Assembly: GCA_965203275.1 (NCBI GenBank)
Contig: OZ241865.1
Span: 2,272,001-2,336,000 of the forward strand
Length of the DNA stretch: 64,000 nt
Source: Bdellovibrionales bacterium
GTDB lineage: Bacteria; Bdellovibrionota; Bdellovibrionia; Bdellovibrionales; JAUICD01
Direction of reading: 5' to 3'
Part shown: piece after piece, positions 62,649 through 64,000 of the stretch
Numbering within the stretch: position 1 is the first letter of the stretch
Layout of the letters: the number at the start of each line of letters is the position of its first letter
Program-made: the position numbers and the translations under genes
Notes under the pieces: model-generated
Seen by the model: only the letters and a program-made list of their open reading frames with translations
What the model was told of the DNA's origin: nothing
Databases searched by the model: none

Positions 62649-63054
62649 CCCTAAAAAAATCAAATGGAGAAAGCAATTTCGTCCTTATTTAAGAGGTAAG
62701 GCTCATTCAGGTCATAAAATCTCTTTTGGTGATTTTGGCATCCAAGCTGTTACAGCCGGTAAGTTGACCTCTCGTCAAATAGAGGCTAGCCGTATTGCCA
62801 TTAGTCGTTCTGTAAAAAGAGGAGGCCGGATGTGGATTCGTGTTTTTCCTCATATTCCTGTAACAAAAAAGCCAGCAGAAACTCGTATGGGTAGCGGTAA
62901 AGGTAATCCTGAATATTGGATTGCCCACGTAAAGCCTGGAACAGTCATTTTTGAATTGACGGGTATTGCTATAGAACAAGCTAGAAGAGCTTTTCAGCTA
63001 GCAAGTTATAAGCTTCCTATCAAAACTAAATTTTTAAAAAGAGAGGCTTTATGA
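62641..63054 (+). CDS. rplP: 50S protein L16
   Basis: MLSPKK, RMGSGKG, KLPIKT. Confidence 0.97.
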   Translation: MLSPKKIKWRKQFRPYLRGKAHSGHKISFGDFGIQAVTAGKLTSRQIEASRIAISRSVKRGGRMWIRVFPHIPVTKKPAETRMGSGKGNPEYWIAHVKPGTVIFELTGIAIEQARRAFQLASYKLPIKTKFLKREAL

Positions 63055-63245
63055 AGTACAAAAATATAAAAAATTTAGAAAAAGAAGAAATTTTAAAAAA
63101 AATTACAGCATGTTTTTCTGAACTTTTCCAACTAAAGATGAACAAAAAACTCAATCAAATTAGCAATCCTCTTAAGATCAGAAACCTAAGAAGAGATATT
63201 GCCCGTTTAAAAACTTTATTAACTGAAAAACAATCACAAAGGTAA
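63051..63245 (+). CDS. rpmC: 50S protein L29
   Basis: ELFQLK...[13 protein letters not shown]. Confidence 0.94.
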   Translation: MKYKNIKNLEKEEILKKITACFSELFQLKMNKKLNQISNPLKIRNLRRDIARLKTLLTEKQSQR

Positions 63246-63250
63246 AATTT

Positions 63251-63613
63251 ATGGACTTAAATACTCAAACAACTCCACAAAAAGATAATGCCAATGTACT
63301 TACCGAAAGTACAGATCAAAAACCTTCTCCTGTAAAAAGTATTAAAAAACAAAAAAAGCGTGGGCGAAGAATTGAAGTCATTGGCCACGTGGTCAGCGAT
63401 CAAATGGATAAAACTATTACAGTAGAAGTTTATAGACAAGTACGTCACCCTCGCTTAGGTAAGTACATTAAGAAAAGTACAAAGTTCAAAGCCCATGACG
63501 AAAAAAATACAGCCAGTAGAGGTGATAAGGTTTTGATTCATGCCACTCGTGCTTTTAGCAAAACAAAGTTTTGGAAATTATCTAAGATTGTGGAGAAAAG
63601 TCAAAAATTATAA
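63251..63613 (+). CDS. rpsQ: 30S protein S17 with N-terminal extension
   Basis: GHVVSDQMDKTI, KFKAHDE, SKTKFW. Confidence 0.95.
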   Translation: MDLNTQTTPQKDNANVLTESTDQKPSPVKSIKKQKKRGRRIEVIGHVVSDQMDKTITVEVYRQVRHPRLGKYIKKSTKFKAHDEKNTASRGDKVLIHATRAFSKTKFWKLSKIVEKSQKL

Positions 63614-63633
63614 TTTTCTAAGAGGTTTTGATA

Positions 63634-64000
63634 ATGATTCAAATGCAGTCATGGTTAAGGGTGGCAGATAATTCTGGAGCTAAAGAGCTTCAATGTATCA
63701 AAGTACTTGGAGGTTCTCAAAGGACCATAGCATCTATTGGTGATGTTATTGTGGTCTCAATTAAATCAGCTATTCCTAACTCTAAGGTCAAAAAAGGTGA
63801 AACAACTAAAGCTGTGATTGTCAGGACAATACATAAAATACGTCGAAGTGATGGCAGTTATATTCGTTTTGATGAAAATGCTGCTGTTTTAGTCAATGCC
63901 AATAAAGAGCCTATTGGTACTCGTATTTTTGGTCCTGTTGCAAGAGAGCTTCGAGCTAAAAAGTTCATTAAAATTATTTCTCTTGCTCCTGAAGTTCTAT
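63634..64000 (+). CDS. rplN: 50S protein L14 (stop codon cut by window edge)
   Basis: My translation: [17 protein letters not shown]...[13 protein letters not shown]...SLAPEVL. Confidence 0.96.
   Translation, partial: MIQMQSWLRVADNSGAKELQCIKVLGGSQRTIASIGDVIVVSIKSAIPNSKVKKGETTKAVIVRTIHKIRRSDGSYIRFDENAAVLVNANKEPIGTRIFGPVARELRAKKFIKIISLAPEVL

Overview
AT-rich bacterial chromosome segment. The PilA, RpoA and ribosomal proteins suggest a Bdellovibrionota/deltaproteobacteria-like organism (inference). Left end: a minus-strand island with an orphan type II-B (Francisella-like) Cas9 that keeps RuvC-I and RuvC-III but appears to lack RuvC-II and the HNH catalytic core through one in-frame deletion. 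No cas1/cas2/cas4 or CRISPR array lies in the window. It is followed by a 51-aa repeat protein, a HAD hydrolase and a broken toxin-antitoxin pair. The middle holds housekeeping genes (comM, MFS, polA, sucD, SLT, icmF, pgpA, an expanded alaS), a C5-MTase/PD-(D/E)XK module and a type IV pilin. The ribosomal superoperon is split into two divergent halves, rplE..rplQ (-) and rpsJ..rplN (+), with folC, addA, two orphan MTases, nth, folA and thyA between them. Several core proteins are remodelled: L17 is fused to a TM helix plus a TlpA thioredoxin, RpoA has a ~210-aa Gly/Gln/Tyr tail, L3 has a ~148-aa N-terminal extension, and AlaS has a duplicated domain. Intergenic DNA carries two structured repeat families. 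One is a ~100-nt branched hairpin whose stems co-vary between copies and which supplies the stop codons of some genes; the other is a 96-99-nt unit found only in the spc operon.
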